Translations under genes and position numbers: made by a program
Shown here: positions 10,501-19,600 of the stretch, one piece after another
Numbering within the stretch: the stretch's first letter is position 1
How the letters are laid out: the number at the start of each line of letters is the position of its first letter
DNA from: Verrucomicrobiota bacterium
GTDB lineage: Bacteria; Verrucomicrobiota; Verrucomicrobiia; Limisphaerales; Palsa-1400
Reading direction: 5' to 3'
NCBI GenBank assembly: GCA_049510745.1
Contig: JBEKYR010000031.1
Location: 23,689-87,688 of the forward strand
DNA: 64,000 nt
The notes under the pieces: model-generated
Told to the model about the DNA's origin: nothing
What the model saw: the letters and a program-made list of their open reading frames with translations, nothing else
The model's database searches: none

Positions 10501-10891
10501 TGTCCATCCCCGGCCGGATGACCTTGAGGGCCACCCGCCGTTTGACCGGCTCCTCCTGCTCGGCCAGATAGACGACACCGCAGCCGCCTTCGCCAATTTG
10601 CTGGAGGAGACAATAGCGGCCAATCTTGTCGCCCGGCTTCTCGGCGAGAGGGTCCGAAGGGGTGGCGGTTTGCCCCGGCAATGGAATGGCCAGTTCTTTC
10701 AAGAAGTCGCCCGCCGGCGGTTCGAGGAATGGGTCGGGACTCTCATGGGCCTTAAGAAGCGCTGCGAGCCTGGCGCGAAGCGCCGCGTTCTCCGCGCAGG
10801 CCCGGTCAAGGTAGTTTTCGCGCTCCGGGCCACTCGTCCGTTGCAGCGCCTCGCGAAAGAGGACTTCTTCCCTGTCGTCAGCCGGTTTCAT
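7526..10891 (-). CDS. Hanks-type Ser/Thr protein kinase with TM helix and C-terminal WD40 repeats
   Basis: IGEGGCGVVY, VALK, HRDIKPSN, DFG and GTPAYMSPEQ; hydrophobic helix; many GH...FSPDG...W repeats. Alternative GTG start at 10915. Confidence 0.95.
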   Translation of the reverse strand: MKPADDREEVLFREALQRTSGPERENYLDRACAENAALRARLAALLKAHESPDPFLEPPAGDFLKELAIPLPGQTATPSDPLAEKPGDKIGRYCLLQQIGEGGCGVVYLAEQEEPVKRRVALKVIRPGMDSKQVLARFEAERQALALMDHPNIAKVFDAGATDKGRPFFVMELVQGIKITDYCDQNNLSTGERLDLFVQICHAVQHAHQKGVIHRDIKPSNILVAIHDGVAVPKVIDFGVAKATEQRLTEKTIYTALEQMIGTPAYMSPEQAEMAGLDIDTRSDIYSLGVLLYELLTGKTPFDAKELLAKGIEEMRRTIREEEPRRPSTRLTTLGEGELTTTAKRRQTDAPKLLNLVRGDLDWIVMKCLEKDRTRRYETASGLAADLERHIGNEPVLARPPGKMYLFQKMVRRNKLAFIAASAVTAALILGLGVSTWMFVQEKKAHQQTLEAEREQSRLRQLADAREAATRRNAYASDLIAANLALEDGNFGLARRMLAQHQPEPGQEDLRGFEWRYLWGKSRGEQLKTLVGHSNYVNCVAYSPDGTMLASGSSDHTVRLWNAITGELIANCAGHSAEVMSVAFSPDGKLFASGGADGLVRLWDARTHQIVLTITTTNHAAYLAISGGLLAIATGGNIYGETDGPVQLWNYAAGRMMSVLPEPGGRVAFSPDGKILATANGGGLIKLWRLEDLKPFNSYSSENVLSLAFSPDGRFLAWGAGSGVTGLWELTKQRPAILSKAIAAILSVAFSPDGRLLATGNKTHDITLWEIPSCQMLGSLRGHGKEVWAVTFSPDGRSLASGSLDDTVMLWNPSASREQNTITNIAMDRFDHVGLPVFSPDGKRLAATTVGGGVRLWETSTGQVQAGRDMEGYPVVFSADGKSLITRDESLTLLRQWDLSTQSLLASTTVATPVSRIFDSALSPDGKLVATSHPGRIVVNDLLTGKALFELPVTTARCLLFSPDSKLLASGHYDLTAKLWDLQKRQVIWTVAGFRDPVAALAFSSRGLFAAGSWDGSIEVCDLNAKKEVATLTGHKTGVIQLAFSSDGRTLASGSDDPAVKLWDLETDREILTFKTDVPQYFVQFSPDDKILATGGRDGVVHFWRAPSWAEIADAEKAGTR

Positions 10892-10975
10892 AGGCCAAGG
10901 TGTTGGTGCCTTCACTCATACATGCGTCATTTAGGCGGAAAAAGTATGGATGATTTTCACGCATTCCTTTCGCCA
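10856..10975. repeat. Kinase promoter and 5' end, likely source copy of the 7356-7475 repeat; probable ECF-dependent promoter on the minus strand
   Basis: Minus strand reads TCCATAC...GACGCATGTA between the ECF gene and the kinase start; the TCCATAC and GCATGTA blocks are conserved in the second copy. Confidence 0.75.
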
Positions 10976-11019
10976 CTGGCCCCGCTTCAACCAGCGCCGG
11001 GGCGGGAGGCTAACCGACT

Positions 11020-11583
11020 TCAACCACCCGCGCGCATCGCCACCGCCAGCCAGGCCCGGGCGTAGGCCCACCATTCCTTCGCCGTCGGTACGGCGATGCC
11101 CAGCACCGAGGCCGCCTCTTCGAACGTCATCCCCGCGAAGTAGCGCAGCTTCACCAATTCAGCCTGACGCGGATGGATGGCGGCAAACTGCTCCAGGACC
11201 TCATCGACCGCCAGCAGTCTCTCGTCGTCGTCCGCTACGAGAGGAATCTCTGCCTCATCCAGTTCGACGCGGTCCGCTCCACCACCGCGCTTCAGGGCCG
11301 TCCGCCGCCGCGCGCGCTCGACCAGAATCCGGCGCATCGCTTCGGCCGCCGCGGCGAAGAAATGGGCGCGATTCTTCCACGCCGGCTGGGCATCAGCGCC
11401 CAGCCGCAACCAGGCCTCGTGAACGAGCGCGGTGGGTTGCAGGGTTTGGCCGGGCGCCTCCTGGGCCATCTTGTGGGCGGCGAGTCTGCGCAACTCTTCA
11501 TAGACCAGCGGAAACAGTTCCCCGGCAGGCGGCGGTTCGCCTCCCTCCATGTGCTCCTCACTTTTGGGAACGTCAATCCTCAT
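11020..11583 (-). CDS. ECF sigma factor, TIGR02999-like (kinase-associated)
   Basis: LVYEELRRLA, TLQPTALVHEAWLRL, HFFAAAAEAMRRILVERAR, KRGGG and LRYFAGMT; directly upstream of a Ser/Thr kinase. Confidence 0.93.
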   Translation of the reverse strand: MRIDVPKSEEHMEGGEPPPAGELFPLVYEELRRLAAHKMAQEAPGQTLQPTALVHEAWLRLGADAQPAWKNRAHFFAAAAEAMRRILVERARRRTALKRGGGADRVELDEAEIPLVADDDERLLAVDEVLEQFAAIHPRQAELVKLRYFAGMTFEEAASVLGIAVPTAKEWWAYARAWLAVAMRAGG

Positions 11584-11795
11584 GGCATCGGTGCTGGCAT
11601 TCCTTTTCCAAGAGCTTGAACTGCGGGCGAGGCGTTGGCTGAACTGGGTCAGCGTCTCGTGTCCGTAGCGGCAGCCTGTGTATAAGACCGCCTAAAACTT
11701 GTCAAGATATAAAGAATAATCATTTATAATTGGCAGTGCGCCTGCGCCCTCTTGGCCGCCATGCGTCCGACCGCGAAAATGTTGGCGTTTTTTTC

Positions 11796-11824
11796 TTGAT
11801 CTTTTCGCGCGAAGAGCCGATACT
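11796..11824 (+). promoter_or_regulatory. sigma70-like promoter for the 6S RNA precursor
   Basis: TTGATC-N17-GATACT about 60 nt upstream of the 6S-like rod. Confidence 0.5.
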
Positions 11825-11884
11825 CGTGGTAGAAAACGCACCGGAGAGCGTGCGGCCGTTCTTTTACAAATAACATGGGAATTT

Positions 11885-12061
11885 ACCCTGCCATGTTCGT
11901 GATTAAAAACACAGTCCTTGAACCGTAAATCAGTCCAAAGTGAGCCTTAACCTCGGTTGTGGCCGACAGGCCTTGACTGGACGTCGAAAGCGATCGACTC
12001 GGCTCTATCTGTTCCTAGTGACGTTCACAGGAACCGTTTTTACACGGCATTACGGCGGGGT
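11885..12061 (+). ncRNA. ssrS: 6S RNA (SsrS)
   Basis: About 177-nt rod: accctgcc pairs with ggcggggt, atgttcgtg with cacggcat, taaaaac with gttttta, and tccttgaac with gttcacagga, followed by an A-rich bulge and then poly-T. Lies upstream of ygfA and rny, the usual ssrS neighbours. Confidence 0.8.
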
Positions 12062-12118
12062 TTTTTTGCCCGCTCCTTCGCGCTTGGTGCCCTGTCCTTT
12101 TTCTGCTATTTTCTTTTC

Positions 12119-13489
12119 GTGACAGGAAAAGATTTGTTTTCCGCCGCCGACGCCGCCCCGGCCGGGGACGAGGTCAGGGCCTTCGCCGCCCAGCCGCTGG
12201 CCGCCCGCATGCGCCCGCGCCATCTGGACGAGTTCGCCGGCCAGCGGCACTTCCTGGCCCCGGGACAATTGCTGCGCCGCGCCATCGAGGCGGACCGCAT
12301 TCAGTCCCTCATTTTTTATGGGCCGCCCGGAACGGGCAAGACCTCGCTGGCCCAGATCATTGCCCGCCAGACCCGCGCCAAGTTCGAGCGCCTCAGCGGC
12401 GTTGACTCCAACGTGGCCGACATGCGCCGCGTCCTGGCCGCGGCCTCCAACCGCCTGGAAAACACCGGCCAATCGACCATTCTGTTCATCGACGAAATTC
12501 ACCGGTTCAACAAGGCGCAGCAGGACGTGTTGCTGCCGGAGGTCGAGAGCGGCATCGTGCGCTTGATCGGGGCCACGACGCACAATCCGTTTTTCTTCGT
12601 CAATTCGCCCCTGGTTTCGCGCTCGCAGATCTTCGAACTGACCCCGCTGTCGGAAGAGGACCTGCTCCAATTGCTGCGCCGCGCCCTGGCCGACGCCGAG
12701 CGCGGCTTGGGCCGGATGAACATCCGGGCCGATGACGACGCTCTGCGCCACCTGGCCAAAGTGGCCGACGGCGACGCGCGCAAGGCGCTCAATTCCATCG
12801 AGATCGCCGCCTTAACCACCCCGCCCGACAGCGCCGGCCAAATCCACCTCGACCTTGCCGCGGCCGAACAGTGCATTCAGAAAAAGGCGATTGTCTATGA
12901 CGCGGACGGCGACGCGCATTACGACACGATTTCGGCCTTCATCAAGTCGATGCGCGGGAGCGACCCGGATGCGGCGTTATACTGGCTGGCCAAGATGATC
13001 CACGCGGGCGAAGACCCGCGCTTTATCACCCGGCGCCTCTTGATTTGCGCCGCCGAGGACGTCGGCCTGGCGGACCCGATGGCCCTGGTCCTGGCGAGCG
13101 CCGCGCATCAGGCGGCTGAGTTTGTCGGCTGGCCCGAAGCGCGCATTCCGATTGCGGAAGCAGTCCTTTACATTGCCACCGCCCACAAAAGCAACAGCGC
13201 CTGTCTGGCCATCGACGCCGCGCTGGAGGATGTCCGCTCCGGCCGGACTCTGCCCGTTCCGCAACGGCTGCGCGACGCCAATTACGCCGGCGCCCAACGG
13301 CTGGGGCACGGGGCCGATTACCAATACGCCCACGATTTTCCCGGCCATTTCGTGCCCCAGGATTATCTGGGGGCGGCCCGGACGTATTACGAACCGACCG
13401 ATCAAGGCTCGGAAAAGAAGATCAAGGAACGGCTGGAAAAATGGCGCGAACAGCTCGAGGCCGCGCGCCGCCAGCCGCCCGCGCCATGA
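12119..13489 (+). CDS. rarA: Replication-associated recombination protein A (AAA+ ATPase RarA/MgsA)
   Basis: PLAARMRP, GPPGTGKTS, FIDEIHRFNKAQQD, HYDTISAFIKSMRGSD and YQYAHD. Start placed at GTG 12119. Confidence 0.95.
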   Translation: MTGKDLFSAADAAPAGDEVRAFAAQPLAARMRPRHLDEFAGQRHFLAPGQLLRRAIEADRIQSLIFYGPPGTGKTSLAQIIARQTRAKFERLSGVDSNVADMRRVLAAASNRLENTGQSTILFIDEIHRFNKAQQDVLLPEVESGIVRLIGATTHNPFFFVNSPLVSRSQIFELTPLSEEDLLQLLRRALADAERGLGRMNIRADDDALRHLAKVADGDARKALNSIEIAALTTPPDSAGQIHLDLAAAEQCIQKKAIVYDADGDAHYDTISAFIKSMRGSDPDAALYWLAKMIHAGEDPRFITRRLLICAAEDVGLADPMALVLASAAHQAAEFVGWPEARIPIAEAVLYIATAHKSNSACLAIDAALEDVRSGRTLPVPQRLRDANYAGAQRLGHGADYQYAHDFPGHFVPQDYLGAARTYYEPTDQGSEKKIKERLEKWREQLEAARRQPPAP

Positions 13490-14073
13490 ATTCCAAAGCC
13501 GATCTCCGCCGCAGCCTGCGCGCCGCCATCGACCGCCTGGGCGCGGCCGAACGCGCCGCCGCCTCCGCCCAGGCCCGGAACCTCTTGCGCCGCCAACCCG
13601 TTTGGACCAGCGCGCAAGCCATCCTCTTTTATGCCCCGATCGCGGGCGAAATCGATTTGACTCTCTTGCTGGAGGAAGCGGTCGCGGCGGGCAAGGCGGT
13701 GGCCCTGCCGGGTTTTGTGGCCCGCACGGGAACCTACGACGCCTTTCAAATCTCTCACCTCGGACGCGATTGTGTTCCCGGCAAGCTCGGCATCTCCGAA
13801 CCGTCCCCGTCCTGCCCGGCTTTTCCGCTGAACCGGCTGGACTTGGCGCTGGTGCCCGGGTTAGGATTTGACTTGTCCGGCCACCGCCTGGGCCGGGGCA
13901 GGGGATTCTATGATCGCCTGCTGGCGGGCCTGGCGGGGACCAAATGCGGGGTCGCCTTCGATCCGCAGATTGTGGCGCGGGTTCCGGCGGAGACACACGA
14001 TATTCGCATGAATTTTATACTGACACCGACGCGGTGGCTGGCGGTTTCCGGGCCGGGGGCGGAGCAGCCATGA
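13486..14073 (+). CDS. ygfA: 5-formyltetrahydrofolate cyclo-ligase
   Basis: KADLRR, GISEP, LVPGLGFD, RLGRGRGFYDRLL and ETHDIRM; ATGA overlap with rarA. Confidence 0.93.
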   Translation: MNSKADLRRSLRAAIDRLGAAERAAASAQARNLLRRQPVWTSAQAILFYAPIAGEIDLTLLLEEAVAAGKAVALPGFVARTGTYDAFQISHLGRDCVPGKLGISEPSPSCPAFPLNRLDLALVPGLGFDLSGHRLGRGRGFYDRLLAGLAGTKCGVAFDPQIVARVPAETHDIRMNFILTPTRWLAVSGPGAEQP

Positions 14074-15626
14074 ATTCGACCCTTATTGCCGGCGCGGCCC
14101 TCTTTGTCCTTGGCATTCCCTTCGGGTTTTTGCTTTTCCTTTGGCGGGAGCGGTACCGGCGCGCGCGCGACGAACTGGCGGGCAACTCGATCCTGGACAA
14201 AGCGCGGCGCGAAGCGGAATCCATCACGCGCGACGCCCGGCTGGCGGCCAATGAAGAGGCCCTCGAGTTGCGCTCCGAAACCGAACTGCTCGTCGCCGCC
14301 CGCCACAAGGAAATCGCCGCCGCCGAACAACGCCTCAGCACCCGCGAGGAACTGGTCAACGGCCAGTTGGAAAACCTCGTCACCGAGGAAAAATCGCTCC
14401 GCGCGGAAAAGGAGGAACTGCGCGGCAAATCGGCCGAAATCGACCAGGCGCGCCAGGACGCCCTCCAACTGGTCGCCCAGCGCCGTGCCGAACTGGCCGC
14501 CGTCTCCAAGATGAGCGAGAGCGATCTGCGCGCCGCCTTCCTCAAGCAGGTGGAACAGGAAAGCTTGCGCGACGCCATGCAACTCTCCCAGCACATCCAG
14601 GAGGAGGCCCGGCTCCAGGCCGAAGAAAAAGCCCGCCGCATCATCAGCCTGGCCATTCAGCGCTACGCCGGCCAGCACAGCTTCGAAACCTCCACCGCCA
14701 CCGTCAACATCAAGGGCGAGGAGATGAAGGGCCGCATCATCGGCCGCGAAGGCCGCAACATCCGCGCTTTCGAGGCCGCCACCGGCGTCACCGTCCTGAT
14801 CGATGACACCCCGGGCGCGGTCGTCCTCTCCGGCTTTGATCCGGTGCGGCGCGAAATCGCCCGCGAGGCCATGGAACGCCTTATTCTTGACGGCCGCATC
14901 CATCCCGCCCGCATTGAGGAAATCGTCGGCAAGGTCTCCCAGGAAATGGACGCCGTCATCCTGCGCGCCGGCGAGGAAGCCGTCATGAAACTGGGCCTGG
15001 CCCCCATGCACCCTGAATTGATCAAGCTCCTCGGCCGCCTCCATTTCCGCCACAGCTTCGCCCAGAATATCCTCCAGCATTCCGTTGAAGTCGCCCAGTT
15101 GACCGCCCTGATGGCCGCTGAATTGGGCATCGACGTCGCCGCCGCCAAACGCGCCGGCCTGTTGCACGACATCGGCAAGGCGGTCAACCACGAGATCGAG
15201 GGCGCCCACGCTTTGGTCGGCGCCGACATTGTCAAGCGTTACGGGGAATCCGAGGAGGTCGCCAACGGCGTGGCCTCCCATCATGGCGAGGCGCCGCAGA
15301 CCGGTTTGCTCGGTGTTCTCGTCAGCGCCGCCGACGCGATCAGCGCCTCCCGGCCCGGAGCGCGCTCGGAAACGGTCATGACTTACATCAGGCGGGTGGA
15401 GGACCTCGAACGCATCGGCCTGTCCTTCCCCGGGGTGGAAAAATGTTTTGCGCTGCAAGCGGGCCGGGAATTGCGCGTCCTGGTCACGCCCGGCCAGGTG
15501 ACCGATGAGCAGGCCTATTTCCTGGCCCGCGGCATCGCCCGCAAGATCGAGGAGGAACTTCAGTATCCGGGCCAGATTCGCGTCACCATCGTCCGCGAAA
15601 CCCGTTGCGTCGAGTTCGCCAAGTAA
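14070..15626 (+). CDS. rny: Ribonuclease Y
   Basis: N-terminal TM and coiled coil, KH domain (MKGRIIGREGRNIRAFE), HD motif LLHDIGK, ADAISASRPGAR and QYPGQIRVTIVRE. Confidence 0.97.
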   Translation: MNSTLIAGAALFVLGIPFGFLLFLWRERYRRARDELAGNSILDKARREAESITRDARLAANEEALELRSETELLVAARHKEIAAAEQRLSTREELVNGQLENLVTEEKSLRAEKEELRGKSAEIDQARQDALQLVAQRRAELAAVSKMSESDLRAAFLKQVEQESLRDAMQLSQHIQEEARLQAEEKARRIISLAIQRYAGQHSFETSTATVNIKGEEMKGRIIGREGRNIRAFEAATGVTVLIDDTPGAVVLSGFDPVRREIAREAMERLILDGRIHPARIEEIVGKVSQEMDAVILRAGEEAVMKLGLAPMHPELIKLLGRLHFRHSFAQNILQHSVEVAQLTALMAAELGIDVAAAKRAGLLHDIGKAVNHEIEGAHALVGADIVKRYGESEEVANGVASHHGEAPQTGLLGVLVSAADAISASRPGARSETVMTYIRRVEDLERIGLSFPGVEKCFALQAGRELRVLVTPGQVTDEQAYFLARGIARKIEEELQYPGQIRVTIVRETRCVEFAK

Positions 15627-15632
15627 CTGCGC

Positions 15633-15797
15633 CTACCGGCCCTGGTTAATCGTCGAAGGCAGCGGCCCTTCCCAACTCTGCGGCTGGTTCCACGGCGTCT
15701 GCGGAATGTCGTCCGCGTCGTCCGTGGCGCAGCCGCCCAGCAATCCGGCCGCCGTCCCCAACAACAGGGCGCATAAAACTGTGCGGAGCATTTTCAT
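15633..15797 (-). CDS. Small lipoprotein
   Basis: Signal peptide with lipobox LGGC, then PWNQPQSWEG. Start overlaps the stop of the upstream gene. Confidence 0.7.
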   Translation of the reverse strand: MKMLRTVLCALLLGTAAGLLGGCATDDADDIPQTPWNQPQSWEGPLPSTINQGR

Positions 15798-16549
15798 CAA
15801 TAGAGCACTTCGTCGCCTTCCATCACTTCGCCTCTTTTCCAATCCGGCAGGATGTTGGCCACGCTGCGGTCTTTTTGCACACTGGAAATTCGCACCTTGC
15901 CGATGAGCCTCCCGCCCCGGTTGACCATCATCTCGCCCCGTTCCTTGGCTCCCTGCTCATCGCCGATGTCCAGCACCACAAAATCATATTTCGGATCCAC
16001 CGCCAGAATCTTGCCCCTCAATCCGGTCGGCAGCGGCACCGGGCCGCTGGAACCAAAAAGTTGTTTCCACCGCTTGTCCAGATCGTTGTAGGAGGCGAGC
16101 AGCAACTTGTTTTCCTTGCTGACCGCGTCGCGCGCCTTCTTGGTTTTGTCCAACTCCTCAATCAGCCCTTTGATCTGGCCGGGTTCGAGCGGGATCTGCG
16201 CCCATTGTTCAAGCTTTTGCTGGGCGGTGTCGCGATCGGCGCGGGTCTTTTCCAAGTCAGCCGTCAACTGGGTGTTGCGCTTGTCCAATTCCGCGGCTTT
16301 GGCGTTGGCGCCGTCCAGCTCGGTTTTGGTCTGGGCCAGGTCTTTCTTGGTGGTGTCCAATTCCGCCTTGGTCTTCTTCAGATTGGCTTCAGCGGTCAGG
16401 CGCGTCTTGTTTTCGGCGGTGTACTTATTGTTCCAGTCGTCGCGGGCGGCCCGGGTGGTGACGATGATGTCTTGAACTTTCACGAAGCTCACCGCGCCGG
16501 CGGCCAACCCGGCGACAATCGCTATGATCAGGCAGATTCGAAGCAACAT
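15797..16549 (-). CDS. Membrane-anchored coiled-coil protein with C-terminal beta domain, function unknown
   Basis: N-terminal hydrophobic helix, long heptad region, C-terminal GKILAVDPKYDFVVLDIG...GDEVLY; AAGGA RBS. Confidence 0.85.
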   Translation of the reverse strand: MLLRICLIIAIVAGLAAGAVSFVKVQDIIVTTRAARDDWNNKYTAENKTRLTAEANLKKTKAELDTTKKDLAQTKTELDGANAKAAELDKRNTQLTADLEKTRADRDTAQQKLEQWAQIPLEPGQIKGLIEELDKTKKARDAVSKENKLLLASYNDLDKRWKQLFGSSGPVPLPTGLRGKILAVDPKYDFVVLDIGDEQGAKERGEMMVNRGGRLIGKVRISSVQKDRSVANILPDWKRGEVMEGDEVLY

Positions 16550-16577
16550 TGAATTAATCCTTTTTAACTTTCATTAA

Positions 16578-16606
16578 ACAGTACCCAGAACCCGCCCCCG
16601 TGTCAA
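16578..16606 (-). promoter_or_regulatory. sigma70 promoter for the coiled-coil/lipoprotein pair
   Basis: TTGACA-N17-TACTGT on the minus strand. Confidence 0.65.
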
Positions 16607-16691
16607 CGCCCTCTTTTTTGATTGATTATTGGGCGGAGATGTGCCTGAATCTGTTCCCGGAGAAAAACCCTTGTCCAAAGGAGACGAGATT

Positions 16692-19600
16692 ATGCATGCA
16701 AAAAGACCTTTTGCCGGCAATCACGGCGATTTCTTGGCGCAACCCGTGCTTGTTTTCCTGGCTGCCGGAGCGCTGTTGCTGGCGGCGGCTGTTCCCAGCG
16801 GCATCGCCCAGACTGCGGCCCAGTTGATTTCCACCCGTTCCACCGCCTTTCCGCTGCCCGCCGGGGGCAACGGCGACTCGGTGGACCCGCAAATCAGCCC
16901 GGATGGGCGGTTTGTGCTCTTCAACAGCACGGCGGTGAATCTGGTCCCGAACACCGGCGGGCAGTTGTGTTCCCAAGTCTTCCTGCGCGACCGCTCCAGC
17001 AATTCGACCACCCTGGTCAGCGTCAATCTTAACGGCTTCGGCGGCAACGGCAACTCGACCTATGGCGGGATGTCGCCGGACGGCCGCTACGTGGTCTTCA
17101 CCAGCGATGCCAGCGATTTGGTGCCCGCGGACACCAATGGATTCAGTGACGTTTTCGTGCGGGACTTGGTCGCCGGGACGACGGTCCTGGCGAGCGTCTC
17201 CACCGGCGGCGTGCAGGGGAACGGTCCGTCCAGCCAGCCTGTTATGACCCCGGACGGCCGTTATGTGGCGTTCATCAGCACTTCAAGCGACCTTGCCAGC
17301 GGAAGCCATGACAATCCTGACATCTTCGTGCGCGATCTGGTGGCGCAGGCAACGGCCGCCATGAGCACTGTGGCGACTGGCTCCCCGACCGGCGCGGCCA
17401 TTTCCAGCCTTTCGATCACCACGAACGGGAGATATGTGGCGTTTTTCAGCACGGCCCTGAATTTGGTTTCCGGCGTGACGCAAGCCGGCGGCGAAGTGTA
17501 CGTCCGCGACTTTGTCGGGGGCCGCATCATTTGGGCGAGCAGCAATGCCACCACCACGGCACACGCGATTTTGGGAGGCACCACTCCGGCCTCCGAACAC
17601 CCCGTCATCAGCGACGACGGGACGTGGGTGGCCTTCAAGACCGGCTCAAATAGTGCGGCGGGCGGCTCGGCCGTCATTTTTCAATATAACTCCGTCACGG
17701 CGGCGCTCACGACGGTTTTTACCAACGGGATTTACGCGACGTACGGCGACGATGTTTATGGGCCGGAAATGACGCCGGACGGGCGTTTCATTGCCTTCAC
17801 GTCGCGAGAACAGGGAACCGCCACCAACGGCAGCATCCGCCTCTGGGATTCCCAATCCGCCACCAATGTGCTGGTCAGCACCAATCTGAGCGGCGTTTAT
17901 TCGGCCAACACAATGGCCCAGGCGCCGGCACTCACTCCGGATGGGCGTTATGTCGTGTTCCTGAGCAACGCCGGGGATTTGACCGCCAACTCGGTTTCCA
18001 ACGGCTCGCACATTTTCCTCTCTGACACTCAGGGGGGAACCGTGACGTTGCAGGATGTGGATTCCAACGGGGTCGGCTCGACCGATTTCACGGGCACCAT
18101 GCCAACTCTCAGCACCAACGGCCAGTTTATCGCCTTTTCCGGACCGGACGGCGCTCTGGTGCCCGCGGATTTTAACGGCGCGAACGACGTCTTCGTGCGG
18201 GACGCCGCCGGCGGCACGACGCAATTAATTTCGCAACGCAACCTGTCCCTGCCAATGCGGTCGGGCGACAGACTTAGTTCGGAAGGCCCGTTTTCCATCA
18301 GCGCGGACGGACGCTGGGTGGCCTTCGCCAGTTATGCGAATGATTTGGTTCCGAATGACACCAACAACGCGCGCGATGTTTTTGTCTGCGACCGCTGGAG
18401 CAGCAGCAACTTCCTGGTCAGCGTCGGGCAAAATGGCGGTTCCGCGCTGGGAGGGGACTCGATGACGCCGGTCATCAGCACCAACGGGCGATATGTCGCG
18501 TTCGTCAGCGCGGCGACCAATCTGACGGCGGGCAACGTGTTTACCAATCCCGGCGTTTACAATGTTTTTCGCACAGACCTCCAGACGCAGACAACGGTCC
18601 TGGTGAGCGTGAGCACCGACGGGGTGCAATCGGGGACCAACGATTCCACCAGCCCGGTGATGAGCCAGGACGGCCGGTATGTGGCCTTTCTCAGCAAGGC
18701 GCGCAATCTGGCGCCGGGGCAGACGGGACTGGGGTCGAGCACGTTTTTGTACGATTTCAACGGGGGAACGTCCCTCGTCCTGCCTGGAAGCGCAACAAAC
18801 GCAACCTTTCCTCCGACGATGAGCGCCGACGGACGTTATATTGCTTATCCCGGTACGACTAACTTGTACACCCAAGTGCTCGTTTGGGACACGCAGCAGG
18901 GGAAGAACATCTACTCCAACACCGCCAGTTCCGCGGCGATCAGTCCCGATGGGTCGCGCTTGCTCTACCAGAACGGCGCAACTCTCAAGGTCCAGGACTT
19001 GGTCCACGGCACCAACATGCTCACGGCCACGGGCGCGCAAACAATCCGAACTCCCGGCGTCTGGAGCGGCAACGGGCGGTTTGTCGCCCTGGTCACTTCC
19101 TCGGCCATTTCAGCATTGGATGGCAATAATACCAATGACGTTTACCTCGCCGATCTGCTGACTCCCACGCAGATTTTGGTCAGCGTCAATTCGAGTCTGA
19201 CGGGCAGCGGCAATGCCGCCTCTGATTGGCCGGCGGTCAGTTGGGACGGGCGGTTCGTGGCCTTCCGCAGCTTTGCCACCAACCTTGTCCCCGGCCACAC
19301 CATCGCGCCAGACTTGTATCTCTACGACAGAGTCACCGGCACGAACAGCCTTCTGGCGCTTGAGCAACCGGCGTCCGACTGGACAATGCGGCCGTCCAAA
19401 CCGGTGTTCAGCGTGGATGGGAGTTCCGCCGCCTTTCAAAGCTACGGCTCCGGACTCAGTTTCGGCCATCTCAGCCGCTTGCAGGATGTGTTTGCCGCTG
19501 TGCTGCCTCCCGCCGCCAATGCGGACACCGACGGCGACGGCATCCCGGACTGGTGGATGATCCAGTACTTTGGGCATATCACCGGCCAGGCCGGCGACCA

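Noticed and set aside
11957..12118. Long rarA N-terminus from the ORF track
   Set aside because: It overlaps the 6S-like RNA; promoter geometry supports GTG 12119.
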